From positions 64,001-128,000 of the forward strand of contig CAVSGO010000008.1 of assembly GCA_963727525.1 (NCBI GenBank): DNA of 64,000 bases, written 5' to 3'. The notes under the pieces are model-generated. The model was not told where the DNA came from. It worked only from the letters and a program-made list of their open reading frames with translations, and made no database searches. Made by a program: the position numbers and the translations under genes. This document shows, piece after piece, positions 30,605-40,457 of the stretch (position 1 is its first letter; each line of letters opens with the position of its first letter). The stretch comes from an uncultured bacterium. GTDB lineage: Bacteria > Krumholzibacteriota > Krumholzibacteriia > LZORAL124-64-63.

Positions 30605-30958
30605 CTTCCGACCATCGATCCCTTCCCCAACGATCGCACTTGAAGCAAATCCGCAGCCGTGCGAAAATCCCCCCGCAGTCCCAAGGCGCCAAACCGAACG
30701 CGACAAGGACCGCATCCGCGGAGGGGGCAGACTGTCAATTTCAGCCACTACACCGCCTATTGTACCCCGCACTTCGGAAACGAGAGCCACAACTCCATGA
30801 TATCGCGATACGCAGACCAACGTCACCTTGTCTCCTGTCTGTATATTACGATATCGAGGTCGGGATAATTGTACGTTAGCGAAGTTACGGCGCCAGAGTA
30901 GGTTGCGCGACAAGTCGGCTTCGGGTTATTATGATTCGTGGCAATTAGGAGGTGATTC

Positions 30959-31249
30959 ATGACGACTTTCGAGGTGCTGCGAGCTAGGCGGTCCGACGTG
31001 CTGGCAATCGCGCAAAAGCATGGGGTTACGTCTGTTAGGGTGTTTGGCTCGGTCGTCCGGGGGGAGGATTCGGCTGACAGTGACGTCGATTTTCTCGTCA
31101 CAACTGGACCGGAGGTTAGCTCCTGGTTCCCTGCTGGGCTCATTCTAGAACTCGAGACCCTGCTCGGCAGGCGTGTCGACGTCGTCACAGAGGCCGGCGT
31201 AAACTCACATATTCGAGATGAAGTCTTCGCAGAGGCGGTACCGCTTTGA
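30959..31249 (+). CDS. Minimal nucleotidyltransferase (MNT) antitoxin
   Basis: VFGSVVRGEDSADSDVDFLV (GSx10DxD) and LGRRVDVV; AGGAGG SD. Confidence 0.92.
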   Translation: MTTFEVLRARRSDVLAIAQKHGVTSVRVFGSVVRGEDSADSDVDFLVTTGPEVSSWFPAGLILELETLLGRRVDVVTEAGVNSHIRDEVFAEAVPL

Positions 31250-31581
31250 AAAGCGACGGTGCCTACCTCCGCTACATCATCGAGACCATCGGACGAATCG
31301 AATCCGCGATAAGTGGCGGAAAGGCGGCCTTTCTTGCGTCGTCAATTCACCAGGATGCCGTTCTTCGTAACCTGCACACGATGACAGAAACGACGCAACG
31401 CCTCTCGACCGAATTGAGAGCTAACCATCCAGAAGTCGAATGGGCGGAGTTGTCGGCATTTCGTAATGTGCTAGTTCACGACTATCTCGGTATCGACATC
31501 GACTTGATTTGGCGCGTCGTAAGTATGGATGTTCCGAAGTTCAAGGAGCAGGTTACGCAGATGCTCGACGAGGTAGTTTAG
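31246..31581 (+). CDS. HEPN/DUF86 (HepT-like) ribonuclease toxin
   Basis: QDAVLRNL, HPEVEW and FRNVLVHDY (Rx4H); TTGA overlap with MNT. Confidence 0.92.
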   Translation: MKSDGAYLRYIIETIGRIESAISGGKAAFLASSIHQDAVLRNLHTMTETTQRLSTELRANHPEVEWAELSAFRNVLVHDYLGIDIDLIWRVVSMDVPKFKEQVTQMLDEVV

Positions 31582-31622
31582 GTCGCTATTGGCTCTGGCG
31601 TGACGGTTGGCTGGTGGGGATT

Positions 31623-31722
31623 CGCTAACGGACCGTTGGAGCAGTCGGATCGGCCCTGTCACGTCGCTTGCTGGCGCAAGCGCCGCGCCAGGCCCGCCCG
31701 CTGCTCAAGGTAGACGTTACCT
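31623..31722 (+). other. attC recombination site
   Basis: R'' CGCTAAC, 5-nt spacer, L'' GTTGGAGC pairing with L' GCTCAAG with an extrahelical G, internal CTTGC/GCAAG stem, R' GTTACCT. Confidence 0.8.
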
Positions 31723-31740
31723 GCAAGAAGGTGACGTACT

Positions 31741-32241
31741 ATGAGGCAACTTGGTCTTTGCATCTTGGCGGTGTACATCTGTCTTCATTGCGTTGCTGGT
31801 GGAGCGACCGTGAGTGACGGTGCCGTGTATCCGGTAATTCAGGTCGACGCGATGCACAATCAGGCGTACGTGGAATCGGGAGCAATGCCGCAGGTCTATG
31901 TGGTGGCCGCTGCTGGTGGGCTCACTCTAAACGCTGCGGAGGTTGATTTCGAGCCGCCGGAGAACATGCCCGCGGAGCTGAGTATTCCAGATGCAGTTCA
32001 GATTTTATCTGACGCGGGGTCCTATTTCTGCCCGTGGACTCCAGAGTCGGTCTCGCTGGTGCTGAACGATGAAAACCTGGTGGCAATGCGGAATTCGGCA
32101 GCGTTTTCCGGTTTCTTGCCAAATACGCAATATGTCATTGCAATAGGTCGCCAAGTCATTTCCGGTGGGGATGCGCATTTCTATCCGTTGTGGGCCGGAA
32201 TAGTTGACACCAAGGGCGACGCGGAAGCGCCAGGGGACTGA
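31741..32241 (+). CDS. Cassette-encoded hypothetical secreted protein
   Basis: Starts just after attC; hydrophobic N-terminus; lower GC than the flanks. Confidence 0.7.
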   Translation: MRQLGLCILAVYICLHCVAGGATVSDGAVYPVIQVDAMHNQAYVESGAMPQVYVVAAAGGLTLNAAEVDFEPPENMPAELSIPDAVQILSDAGSYFCPWTPESVSLVLNDENLVAMRNSAAFSGFLPNTQYVIAIGRQVISGGDAHFYPLWAGIVDTKGDAEAPGD

Positions 32242-32340
32242 GGTATAGCGCTAGCTTGTAGCGGTCAAAGCCGTCTGTCACGCGCCGTGCCGGGCACGGC
32301 CCGCGCCGGCCGTTTTTGCAGCTGAAACACGGCGTCGTAC
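32241..32340 (+). other. Degenerate attC site
   Basis: TTGTAGCGG...CAGCTGAA arms, the shared core TGTCACG...CGTGCCGGGCACGG..CGCGCC, and a mutated R' (GTCGTAC). Confidence 0.55.
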
Positions 32341-32344
32341 GGAC

Positions 32345-32767
32345 ATGAACCATCGTGAGTGGGAAATGCATGAGCGTTGGTATCTGATCATCGGTGGTGT
32401 CCTGATGACCTTGCTTGGGCTGGCCAGAGGAGTAGGCGGGCTTGCCTTGCTCACTCAGGGGGTCGCAGCGGATCCGAATATCCAAGCCACCGACATTGCG
32501 GTCTCGATGGTTGGTGCCTTTCTGTTATTGTTGGGATTGGTCTTGGTTGTAGCAGCGGTTGGTGTGATTCGTAAGCGGCATTCGTTTTGGCTCGTAGGAG
32601 TTATTTGCATCATGACTTTTGTGGTCGATGGCGCGGTCAATGGATTCGTGTTGTACGGCCGCGCGGGAAATCAGGGAACGATCATCAATGTGATCGCAGC
32701 CGCCCTGATCCTGGCATGTTTACTCCTGGGAAAGAGTGCGCTTCGAAATGGAACCGTCCAACGCTAG
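32345..32767 (+). CDS. Cassette-encoded four-TM membrane protein
   Basis: Four hydrophobic helices; starts immediately after the attC-like site (alternative start 32366). Confidence 0.75.
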   Translation: MNHREWEMHERWYLIIGGVLMTLLGLARGVGGLALLTQGVAADPNIQATDIAVSMVGAFLLLLGLVLVVAAVGVIRKRHSFWLVGVICIMTFVVDGAVNGFVLYGRAGNQGTIINVIAAALILACLLLGKSALRNGTVQR

Positions 32768-32820
32768 TTCCAGCCGACATCGGTTTGGTCACGTTCCGTG
32801 CAGAGCACGGTCCGCGCCAT
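32756..32820 (+). other. Truncated attC site (left half)
   Basis: GTCCAAC...TTCCAGCCG...GTCACGTTCCGTGCAGAGCACGGTCCGCGCCA; no L' or R' follows. Confidence 0.5.
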
Positions 32821-32889
32821 GGCAATCGGATCCATTCTCGATCTTTGACAATCGATAGGATGGCTGCGGCACGGATCGCATCTTGCGCG

Positions 32890-33140
32890 GCTTTGATTCC
32901 CGGTACTGGCGCATTCCAAATGGGTCACGCTGTTCTCCATCGAGGGGCCGGTCTCGAAGATTCCCGGGGCTTGCTCCAGGGCTCGGGAAGGAGAGTGCGC
33001 AGTTTCAGGCTCGGCGGTTGTGGAAGTCGTATCTTGGGTGGTGGTTGTCGGAGTTGGGCGTCGGGTTCGAGCAGGTGCTCGGGTGGCGCACGTCGCTGGC
33101 GGAGCTCATCGCGAGCGAGACGGCGAAGTATGGGGTCTAT
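32890..33140 (+). pseudogene. Possible DUF1801/YdhG-like remnant
   Basis: Short stretch HRGAGLEDSRGLLQGSGRRVRS resembles the C-terminal motif of that family; no intact ORF. Confidence 0.3.
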
Positions 33141-33142
33141 CG

Positions 33143-33706
33143 ATGCGAAAGGCGAATAGCTTGGGGGCGAAGCAGCGGGAAGAACTCCTCGAGGTGCTGG
33201 AAGCTCGGTTCATGAAAAACATGGGGCGGCACGAGGGCCTCTCGTGGGACAAGGTCCGGGCGAGGGTCGAGGCGGAGTCCGACAAGCTGTGGTCGGTCAG
33301 TGAGATGGAACGCACTGGCGGTGAGCCCGATGTTGTGGGCCATGACAAGAAGACGGGTGAGGTCATCTTCTTCGATTGTTCGGCGGAAAGTCCCAAGGAG
33401 CGACGGAGTTCGTGCTACGACCAGGAGGCGCGAGAGTCGCGGAAGGAGCATCGGCCGCAACACAGTGCCGTGGAGATGGCGGAGTCCATGGGGGTCGAGA
33501 TCCTGACGGAGGAGCAGTATCGGGAGTTGCAGAAGCTGGGGGAATTCGATCTCAAGACGTCGAGCTGGGTTCATACGCCAGCCAGGATCAGGTCGCTCGG
33601 CGGGGCGCTGTTCTGCGACCGTCGGTACGACACGGTTTTCGTGTATCACAATGGTGCGCAGTCGTACTATGCGGCCCGGGGATTTCGCGGGGTCCTGAGG
33701 GTTTGA
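33143..33706 (+). CDS. DUF4256 domain protein
   Basis: EMERTGGEPDVV, DCSAESPKERRS.CYD, FDLKTSSW and YHNGAQSYYAARGFRG. Confidence 0.88.
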   Translation: MRKANSLGAKQREELLEVLEARFMKNMGRHEGLSWDKVRARVEAESDKLWSVSEMERTGGEPDVVGHDKKTGEVIFFDCSAESPKERRSSCYDQEARESRKEHRPQHSAVEMAESMGVEILTEEQYRELQKLGEFDLKTSSWVHTPARIRSLGGALFCDRRYDTVFVYHNGAQSYYAARGFRGVLRV

Positions 33707-33728
33707 GGCGCGCGGCCGAGATCCGCCG

Positions 33729-35315
33729 TCATGCCGATCTTGGCAGCCGGGTCGTCCTCTGCGCGGTGTACAGGAACAGGTGCTCGGCGTAGAGGGCGTC
33801 CAGTTCGGAATCGAGGCCAGTCCATCTCCGGAGCTTTTCCCACTCTGCGATCTCGATGTTACCGCGGGACGGGCGCCAGGAGCCGTCGGTGGCTCGTTCC
33901 TGGTGGAAGAGGCGGAGCGAGTGGACGTGGTGACCGGAGCGGGAGAAGACGATTTCCTGGTCGGAGATGCGGAGGCCGTAATTTTCGGGGCGCATCGAGA
34001 AGGGGGTGCGGTCGAAGAGCTGGAAGCGGCTGCTGGTGACCGCGCCTGCGCTGGCGGCGAGGTCGCCGATCAGGTCGAGAGTGGCGTGGAGGTCCTCGTC
34101 TGTGCTCGTGGGGAGGCCGAAGATCATCATCAACAGGTTGGTGATGCCGGCGCCGGCGGCGTTGGTGATGACGTGGCGGATCTCCTCGGGGGTGGTGCCC
34201 TTGCCACACACCTCGAGCAGCCGCGCAGATCCCGTTTCCACGCCCCAGCTGATCCAGGAGCAGCCCGCCTGCGCCATGAGCGCGAGGCGCTCGGCCGTGT
34301 AGGCGGCGGTGGGGCGGCCCATCAGGTGGAACGAGAGGCGCAGGTCGCGGTCGAGGATGGCGCGCGAGAGGGCTTCCATGTCCTCGGCATCGACGTACTG
34401 ATCGGCGAAGTAGAAATGGCTGGCACCCCAGCGCATCTGGAGCTCGCCGAGGTAGTCGGCGAACCGTTCGGCCGAATGGGTCCGGTAGCCGCTGTACGAG
34501 AGGTTGTGGGCGCAGAATCGGCAACGGCGCCACTTGCAGCCCCGGGAGTAGATGACCGGGATGACCGGCATGGGGTTTGGGTAGCGCAACGGGTCGAGCT
34601 CGGTGAACTGCGGCAGCGGAAGCGCCGTGGCCGCCAGCGTGTCGGGTTTGCGGTTGGTGTTGATGGTGTCGCCCTGGCGGTACGCCAGGCCGGGGATGGT
34701 GGCCGGGGGTTCTCCGCGCAGCAGTCTGGCCAGGCCCATCTCGCCCTCGCCGGTGAAGACGGCGGTGAGGAAGGGGCAGGCGCGCAGCAACTCGTCGGGG
34801 TAGAGAGCGGAGGCGGTGGCGCCGCCCAGGACCAGAGGCGGGCAGTCGCACGTGTAAACCTCCGTCGACAGGTAGAGGGCCAGTGCGCAGCTGAAGAGGA
34901 TCTGCTCGGGGAACATCACCGAGAAGCCGATCCACTCCGGCTGCTCTTTCGTGATCAGGTTGGCGGCGAACGCCAGGGCCGCTTGTAGTTCGGGGGCAAG
35001 TTCGTCAGTTTCCAGGTAGTGGCGGCTGACCTGGGCGAGGCGTTGCTGGGCAGTTGCAGCCATGCGCAAGGCCGGGCGGTGGGCGGCGTACTGGGCGAGG
35101 TCGAAGAAATCGCCCATGTGGCCGTGCATGAAGGCGCGACAGGCGGCCAGGTTGGCGTTGCCGTCGGCCTGTCGGTTCCACAGAGCGAGGTTGAGGTCGA
35201 GGGGGATGAGTTCGCAGTCCGGGGCCGCGGCCTGGATATATGACGTGAGCGTGGCCAGGCCGAGGGGGACGTACGTGGGACTGCAAAGAGGGGCGAAGAC
35301 CAGGACTCCGCGCAT
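33729..35315 (-). CDS. B12-binding radical SAM protein
   Basis: PLGLATL, IGFSV, VLGG, GEGE, SRGCKWRRCRFC and WGVETG. Confidence 0.9.
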   Translation of the reverse strand: MRGVLVFAPLCSPTYVPLGLATLTSYIQAAAPDCELIPLDLNLALWNRQADGNANLAACRAFMHGHMGDFFDLAQYAAHRPALRMAATAQQRLAQVSRHYLETDELAPELQAALAFAANLITKEQPEWIGFSVMFPEQILFSCALALYLSTEVYTCDCPPLVLGGATASALYPDELLRACPFLTAVFTGEGEMGLARLLRGEPPATIPGLAYRQGDTINTNRKPDTLAATALPLPQFTELDPLRYPNPMPVIPVIYSRGCKWRRCRFCAHNLSYSGYRTHSAERFADYLGELQMRWGASHFYFADQYVDAEDMEALSRAILDRDLRLSFHLMGRPTAAYTAERLALMAQAGCSWISWGVETGSARLLEVCGKGTTPEEIRHVITNAAGAGITNLLMMIFGLPTSTDEDLHATLDLIGDLAASAGAVTSSRFQLFDRTPFSMRPENYGLRISDQEIVFSRSGHHVHSLRLFHQERATDGSWRPSRGNIEIAEWEKLRRWTGLDSELDALYAEHLFLYTAQRTTRLPRSA

Positions 35316-35631
35316 GGCGCTCCCGTGTCAGGCCAGGGTGGGGGCGCCGTGGACGCGAGCCGTTCGACGTTGACGCCTGGGACGCCCACCAGGTGGCCCG
35401 ACGATCCGGGCAACCGGAATATAGGTGGCGGCGAGAGCGGGGACAAGGACTGTCCGGTGCTGGGGGGAGGAGCGGGCGTAGCGGGTTGAAGGGGCGAGCG
35501 GTTGATGGCAGAATGGTGCCGTCCACTCACGGTGCTGCGCAAGGCGCTCCGTGGTGCCGGCACCACGGACCTCGTGGTCGCGGGATGAAGATGCACATGT
35601 GCGGGGATACCACGGTGAGGGCGGTGTCGTG

Positions 35632-36165
35632 ATGGAATTCCAGACGGATAAGGCCTTGCCGGTACTGCGGCGGACGCCGGCTACGTCGCGGGTGTTGCTG
35701 GCGGATTTGCCGGCGGCGTGGACGCAGGCGAATGAGGGGCCGGGTACCTGGAGTCCTTACGATGTGGTCGGGCATCTCATCCAAGGGGAGCGGGCGGCGT
35801 GGGTGCCACGGGTCGAACACATGCTCGAGCATGGGGAGGGGGAAGAATTCGTCCCCTTCGATCGCGAGGCGATGTTCGCGGCGTCGCGGGGCAAGTCGCT
35901 GGCGGATCTGCTCGAGGAGTTCTCACGCGAGCGGGCACGGAGTCTCGAGCGGCTCGCGGCGCTGGATCTCGGCGAGGCCGATTTCGACCGACGGGGGACT
36001 CATCCGGTGTACGGGGCCGTGACGGTGCGCCAGTTGCTGGCGACCTGGGTAGTGCACGATCTCACCCACATCGCGCAGATCGTCCGCGTGCTCGCGCGGC
36101 AGTACACCCAGGCGGTGGGGCCGTGGGTGGCGTACTTGCCGATCCTGAAGCCGTGGGGCTCCTGA
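35632..36165 (+). CDS. DinB family protein
   Basis: WSPYDVVGHL, PFDR and LLATWVVHDLTHIAQI. Confidence 0.9.
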   Translation: MEFQTDKALPVLRRTPATSRVLLADLPAAWTQANEGPGTWSPYDVVGHLIQGERAAWVPRVEHMLEHGEGEEFVPFDREAMFAASRGKSLADLLEEFSRERARSLERLAALDLGEADFDRRGTHPVYGAVTVRQLLATWVVHDLTHIAQIVRVLARQYTQAVGPWVAYLPILKPWGS

Positions 36166-36285
36166 TTTCTGGTCCCACCGGGGCAGGCTGGGCGTCGAGA
36201 CCGGTTCCGATTGTTACTCGCCCGAGGCGGTGTCGGACCGGGAACCGCCGGCACCAGCAGGTGCCGCTGACAGGAGGATAGTGCG

Positions 36286-36981
36286 ATGAGGGGTGTGGTG
36301 ATCGCTGCGCTCGTGCTCGGGCTCGCGTCGTCTGGACGCGCCGACGACGGCGCCATGACCGGTGTGGGCGGCACGCTGCATCTCATGTCGGAGCATCCCC
36401 ACATCGCGATGGTAGCCGAAGACGTGCAGGCGAGGCTGGACCTGGCGACGCAGACCGTCGACGTGGAGTGCCTCTTCGTGCTCGCCAACGACGGTGCTGC
36501 CGATTCAGTGCTGGTGGGGTTTCCCGAGATGTCGGCTGGCGACACGGCGCCGGAGCCGTTCACGTTCTTCGAGTCGTTCGTGGACGGCGAGAGGGTGACG
36601 TGCCAGCGGGTGGACGCATCGGCCGCGAACGAGAGCGAGTCGCGGTTCTGGTGGACGAAGCAGGTGACGTTCGCCGCGCGCCAGACGCGTATCGTCCGCG
36701 ACCACTACCGGGCGCCGGCCGGAGACTACGTGGGGGACGCGCAGGGACCGTGGCGGACGTTCGAGTACACGCTCAGGACCGGGGCCTCGTGGGAGGGAAC
36801 CATCGGCGCAGCGACCGTCACCTTCGCGGTGACGCCGTGCGACTCGGCCTTTTCCGCGCAGCAGTTCAATCCCGCGCCCGATATGCACGACGGCTGCTGC
36901 TACAGGTGGCATTTCTCGAACATCGAACCTGGCGTCACCGGGCCACACAGCCTGTGGCTTGGCTGGCGCGTAGCACGATGA
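36286..36981 (+). CDS. Secreted DUF4424-like protein
   Basis: AGGAGG SD and signal peptide; I.MVAEDV, VGFP and YTLRTGASWEGTIG. Confidence 0.7.
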   Translation: MRGVVIAALVLGLASSGRADDGAMTGVGGTLHLMSEHPHIAMVAEDVQARLDLATQTVDVECLFVLANDGAADSVLVGFPEMSAGDTAPEPFTFFESFVDGERVTCQRVDASAANESESRFWWTKQVTFAARQTRIVRDHYRAPAGDYVGDAQGPWRTFEYTLRTGASWEGTIGAATVTFAVTPCDSAFSAQQFNPAPDMHDGCCYRWHFSNIEPGVTGPHSLWLGWRVAR

Positions 36982-37011
36982 GTTGACCCGCGGCGCCGCG
37001 AGTCTCCGTGT

Positions 37012-39276
37012 CTACCGGACGAGCATCACCCGCGTCGTCGTGGTGCCCCATGCGGTTCTCAGCTGCGCGAGGTACACGCCGCTGGCCAGACCCCCGGCCT
37101 CCCAGATGATCGCGTGCGGTCCCGCAGCGAACGGTCCGTCGGCCAGCCTGGCCACACGGCGGCCCGCGAGGTCGAACACTACCAGCGTAGCGTGTCCGGC
37201 AGCCGGCAACGCAAAGGAAAGCGTGACGCGGGGGTTGAAGGGATTCGGCGCTGCGGTGAGGGCGACCGTGCGCGCCGTGGGGATGTCCCCCTCGGGCTCG
37301 CCGGCGCCGGTGGCGATGGCGCAATGCGAGGGCACCGGGAACGCGGCCGTCGCGTTCGTGGCCACGGCCCAGAGATCAGGCGTCGGCTTGAGGAGCCGGA
37401 CCAGATCGCAACCGGGCGCGAGTACGCCGAGGGGCGTGAACTCCGGCAGGCTCAGTGCCCAGAGTCCGCCGTTGGCGACGTAGACGACGTCGTCGCCCAC
37501 AGCGGCGGCGGCCACGTCCGTCACGACATCCGTGGTGGCCACGATCACAGGTGCCGCGGGATCGGCGAGGTCGATCAGGGCGAGCATGTCGTCGTCGCCG
37601 ACAAGCACGCGCTGTTCCCCGGCGGGCTGCACCCAAGTCACGTGCGGGAGCGCGAGCGTGGTGAGGAAGGTGGGGTGCGTGGCGTCGTGCATATCGACGA
37701 CGTGTAATTCACCGATTTCGTTCCCGCTGTCGCTGGCGACGAGGAGAAGGTCGCCGCACCAGAGCAGGTCGCTCGCGCCGGGAATGGCGGCCGTGCCGAC
37801 GAGGCTGGGCAGCGACGGATTGGCGAGGTCGTAGATGCGCAGCTTCTCGGCACTCCAGGTCTGACTGTACATCGCGACCAGGGTGCCCGGACCGGCGGCC
37901 AGGGCGGTGACACCGGTGATCGGTACGTACTGCGCCACCGTGCCCGGATGCATGGGATCGGTCATGTCGAGCCAGTCGAGCTCGCCGTCCACCGAGAACA
38001 GCAGCGCTTGCTCCATCGCCTCCAGATTGCCGAAGATGGCCCAGCGGGCCGAGAAGGCTCGCACGAGAGATCCTGACGAATGGGCCACGTCGTAAATCGC
38101 AAGCGATCCGATGGGCCCTTCGTTGTCCACCCGGATGGCCGACGCGGCATACCAGCCCGCACCGGAGGTCACGGAGCCGAGATGGTAATCGTCATCCGGC
38201 AATGCCGGGCCGATCGCCAGGGTGTTGTCGACGAGCGGTTCGGGCAGCCGATACGTCGCCAGCCGGCCGCTGCCGGCCGCGTACACGTGCGGCTCGGCGA
38301 CGGCGAACGCGTTCTCGACGCCGGCGCCGGGGATGCGGGCGAGCAGGGCCAGATCGGCGTCAAGGTCGCGGATCGTAATCGCGCCGTGCTGGATGAAGAC
38401 GTGCCGCCCGTCGACGGCGATGGCGGGCGGGTTGGTCCACCCGTCGAACGAGCCGAGGATCACGGTGGCGACGGTCCGGGGGGCGCCGGCGAGTGTAAGA
38501 TCGAGATGGTGGAGTGCGAGTTCGTGGCGGATCGTCTCGTACTCGCCGCTGACGACGTACCAGTGGTCGGTGACCAGGAGCAGCTCTCGATCTTGTCCGG
38601 CGCTGGCGAGGGCATCCCAGCCGTAGCCGTAGGTGGGGTCGTCGTCGTGCCAGTACACCTCGCCGCCCAGTGGCGCGGGATTCGCGGGGTCGGCGAGGTC
38701 GTAGGCCTGCCAGCCGATGCCCACGGCGACGGCGAGTTGCGGCGAGATCGCGACGTCGCGCACCGTGAAATCGCACGTGGTCCGTTGCAGGCAAGTGGGA
38801 GCGAGGGGATCGACCACGGCGCACATGGTCCACGTGGTGTCCGAATCCACGATGGCTAGCAGGTCGCCGGCGCCGCCGATCGCGGCGATGGGTGCGGCGT
38901 GGGCCATCGTGCCGAGCACCGTGGGCGACCCGGGAGTGGTCGTGTCGATGACGCGGACGTCGCCACCGACCGTGAGCCAGTATACGAACGGCGCGCAGAC
39001 CGCGAGGTCCGCGAAGGTAGTGGCCACCTGTATACGGGACGCGACGGTGGGTGAGCCGGGGTCGGCGACGTCGATCACCACGAGATCGAGCCCGTCGACG
39101 CCGACGAGGTGCGTGGCGTCGTACGCGGCGATGGCGCCGACATTCACGTCGAGCATGGACGCGATGGTGGGAAACGTCATGTAGTCGACGCACTCGGCGA
39201 AGGTGGAGCTGGCGAGGAACGGGATGGCGAGCGTGACGAGAACGAGGCACGAGCTCGGGCATGTTCGTGACCGCAT
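37012..39276 (-). CDS. Secreted LVIVD-repeat (beta-propeller) protein with a C-terminal FlgD-type domain
   Basis: Repeated L.V.DV.DP..P; C-terminus APNPFNPRVT...VFDLAGRRVARL...LASGVY. Confidence 0.85.
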   Translation of the reverse strand: MRSRTCPSSCLVLVTLAIPFLASSTFAECVDYMTFPTIASMLDVNVGAIAAYDATHLVGVDGLDLVVIDVADPGSPTVASRIQVATTFADLAVCAPFVYWLTVGGDVRVIDTTTPGSPTVLGTMAHAAPIAAIGGAGDLLAIVDSDTTWTMCAVVDPLAPTCLQRTTCDFTVRDVAISPQLAVAVGIGWQAYDLADPANPAPLGGEVYWHDDDPTYGYGWDALASAGQDRELLLVTDHWYVVSGEYETIRHELALHHLDLTLAGAPRTVATVILGSFDGWTNPPAIAVDGRHVFIQHGAITIRDLDADLALLARIPGAGVENAFAVAEPHVYAAGSGRLATYRLPEPLVDNTLAIGPALPDDDYHLGSVTSGAGWYAASAIRVDNEGPIGSLAIYDVAHSSGSLVRAFSARWAIFGNLEAMEQALLFSVDGELDWLDMTDPMHPGTVAQYVPITGVTALAAGPGTLVAMYSQTWSAEKLRIYDLANPSLPSLVGTAAIPGASDLLWCGDLLLVASDSGNEIGELHVVDMHDATHPTFLTTLALPHVTWVQPAGEQRVLVGDDDMLALIDLADPAAPVIVATTDVVTDVAAAAVGDDVVYVANGGLWALSLPEFTPLGVLAPGCDLVRLLKPTPDLWAVATNATAAFPVPSHCAIATGAGEPEGDIPTARTVALTAAPNPFNPRVTLSFALPAAGHATLVVFDLAGRRVARLADGPFAAGPHAIIWEAGGLASGVYLAQLRTAWGTTTTRVMLVR

Positions 39277-39464
39277 GGCGGACCTCCCTGCAACCTGGAC
39301 CGGGAGCAGAAGACGGTACGAAGGTAGCACATCCGTAGTCGCCGGGCTGCGGGATGTTTGGGAGTAATTCCCACTATTCAAGGATGTTATAAATCTGGAT
39401 GGATTGACGTGATCGTTCGCGGGGGCGTATCCTGATCCTCGTTCTCTCTCACGGGAGGTGCGTC

Positions 39465-40457
39465 ATGGTGACGATCGCGCGTGGCCATGCGGTGATTGCG
39501 ATCCCGATGGCCGTCCTTGTCGTGTGTCTCGTTTCTGTCCTGCCCAGCCTCGCCAACCTCACGCCGGAATCGGCGCTCCTGATGCACGTGCAGCCGGTAT
39601 CCGGCACGTGTGCGACGTCGATCACGAACTGCAACCAGATCGTGCGTTCGACCCCGGCGTCGGGTGCGGTGGAATTCGTCATCTTCTTCATGCGCGGGTC
39701 CTACTTCTGGCCGGGCGAGACGGTGTGCTTCGAGCGGATCGTCGACAAGCTCATGTGGCCGAGCACGTGGACATGCACCGGCGGCCAGGCGTGTGGCGGC
39801 GGTGGGATGTCTCTCTGGGCCGCCGGCGGCGACGTGGGCGGGGACCACGTGCCCAATGTCTACTGGCTGGAGCTGACGGGCTGGTCGAACTACGCCATCT
39901 CGGGCGTGTCGCAGGGCGTCGTGCCGGTGGCGCGGTTGACGTTCGACGTGGGCGGGCCCGGTCGCCTCGAGATGACGGGGACGTGGTCCGAGTCGGAAGT
40001 GATGCTGCGTCACGATTGCGACGGGAGCGAGTTGCAGACCTTTCCGAACCGTATCTACGCCGAAGCCGGCATGGAGTGCGGCTACGTCGAGTCGTCATGC
40101 GGCTATGAGAACACCTGCGCCCCGGTCTTCATCGAGCCGGTGTTGCACCTCGTGGCGCCGGTCGGAAGCGCGGCGGCGCAGACCGTCGCCTACCACGCCA
40201 ATGCCTCGTGCAACTTCTCGGTCAATTCCGACGCCGCCTGGTGCTGGGCGCAGCCCCTGGAGTACATGGGCAGCTTCCATCGCCTGTACGTGCTAGCTGA
40301 TGCTGCCGGATTGTCCCAGGGAACATACCACGCGCTGGTCACGGTGGAGTCGTCGAGCCATACGGCAGCGCGGTGCCTGCCGGTGGTGTTCGACGTCGAG
40401 GCGGCCGTGGCGGCCGAATCGAGGACATGGGGTGCGGTGAAGGCGTTGTATCGATGA
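39465..40457 (+). CDS. Secreted Cys-containing protein (BACON-like C-terminal domain) with a WGAVKALYR tail
   Basis: GGGAGG SD and signal peptide; NFSVNSDAAW...ADAAGLSQGTY. Confidence 0.75.
   Translation: MVTIARGHAVIAIPMAVLVVCLVSVLPSLANLTPESALLMHVQPVSGTCATSITNCNQIVRSTPASGAVEFVIFFMRGSYFWPGETVCFERIVDKLMWPSTWTCTGGQACGGGGMSLWAAGGDVGGDHVPNVYWLELTGWSNYAISGVSQGVVPVARLTFDVGGPGRLEMTGTWSESEVMLRHDCDGSELQTFPNRIYAEAGMECGYVESSCGYENTCAPVFIEPVLHLVAPVGSAAAQTVAYHANASCNFSVNSDAAWCWAQPLEYMGSFHRLYVLADAAGLSQGTYHALVTVESSSHTAARCLPVVFDVEAAVAAESRTWGAVKALYR

Larger units (their letters stand above)
30875..32820 (+). mobile_element. Integron gene-cassette array with no integrase in the window (CALIN-like)
   Basis: Co-oriented, lower-GC ORFs separated by attC-like sites. 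Cassette 1 starts GTTAGCG, the exact reverse complement of the CGCTAAC that opens its attC. Confidence 0.75.

Noticed and set aside
30815-30881. GACCAAC...GTTAGCG as a further attC or an attI site
   Set aside because: The inner arms pair poorly and no integrase is adjacent, so only the GTTAGCG core is supported.
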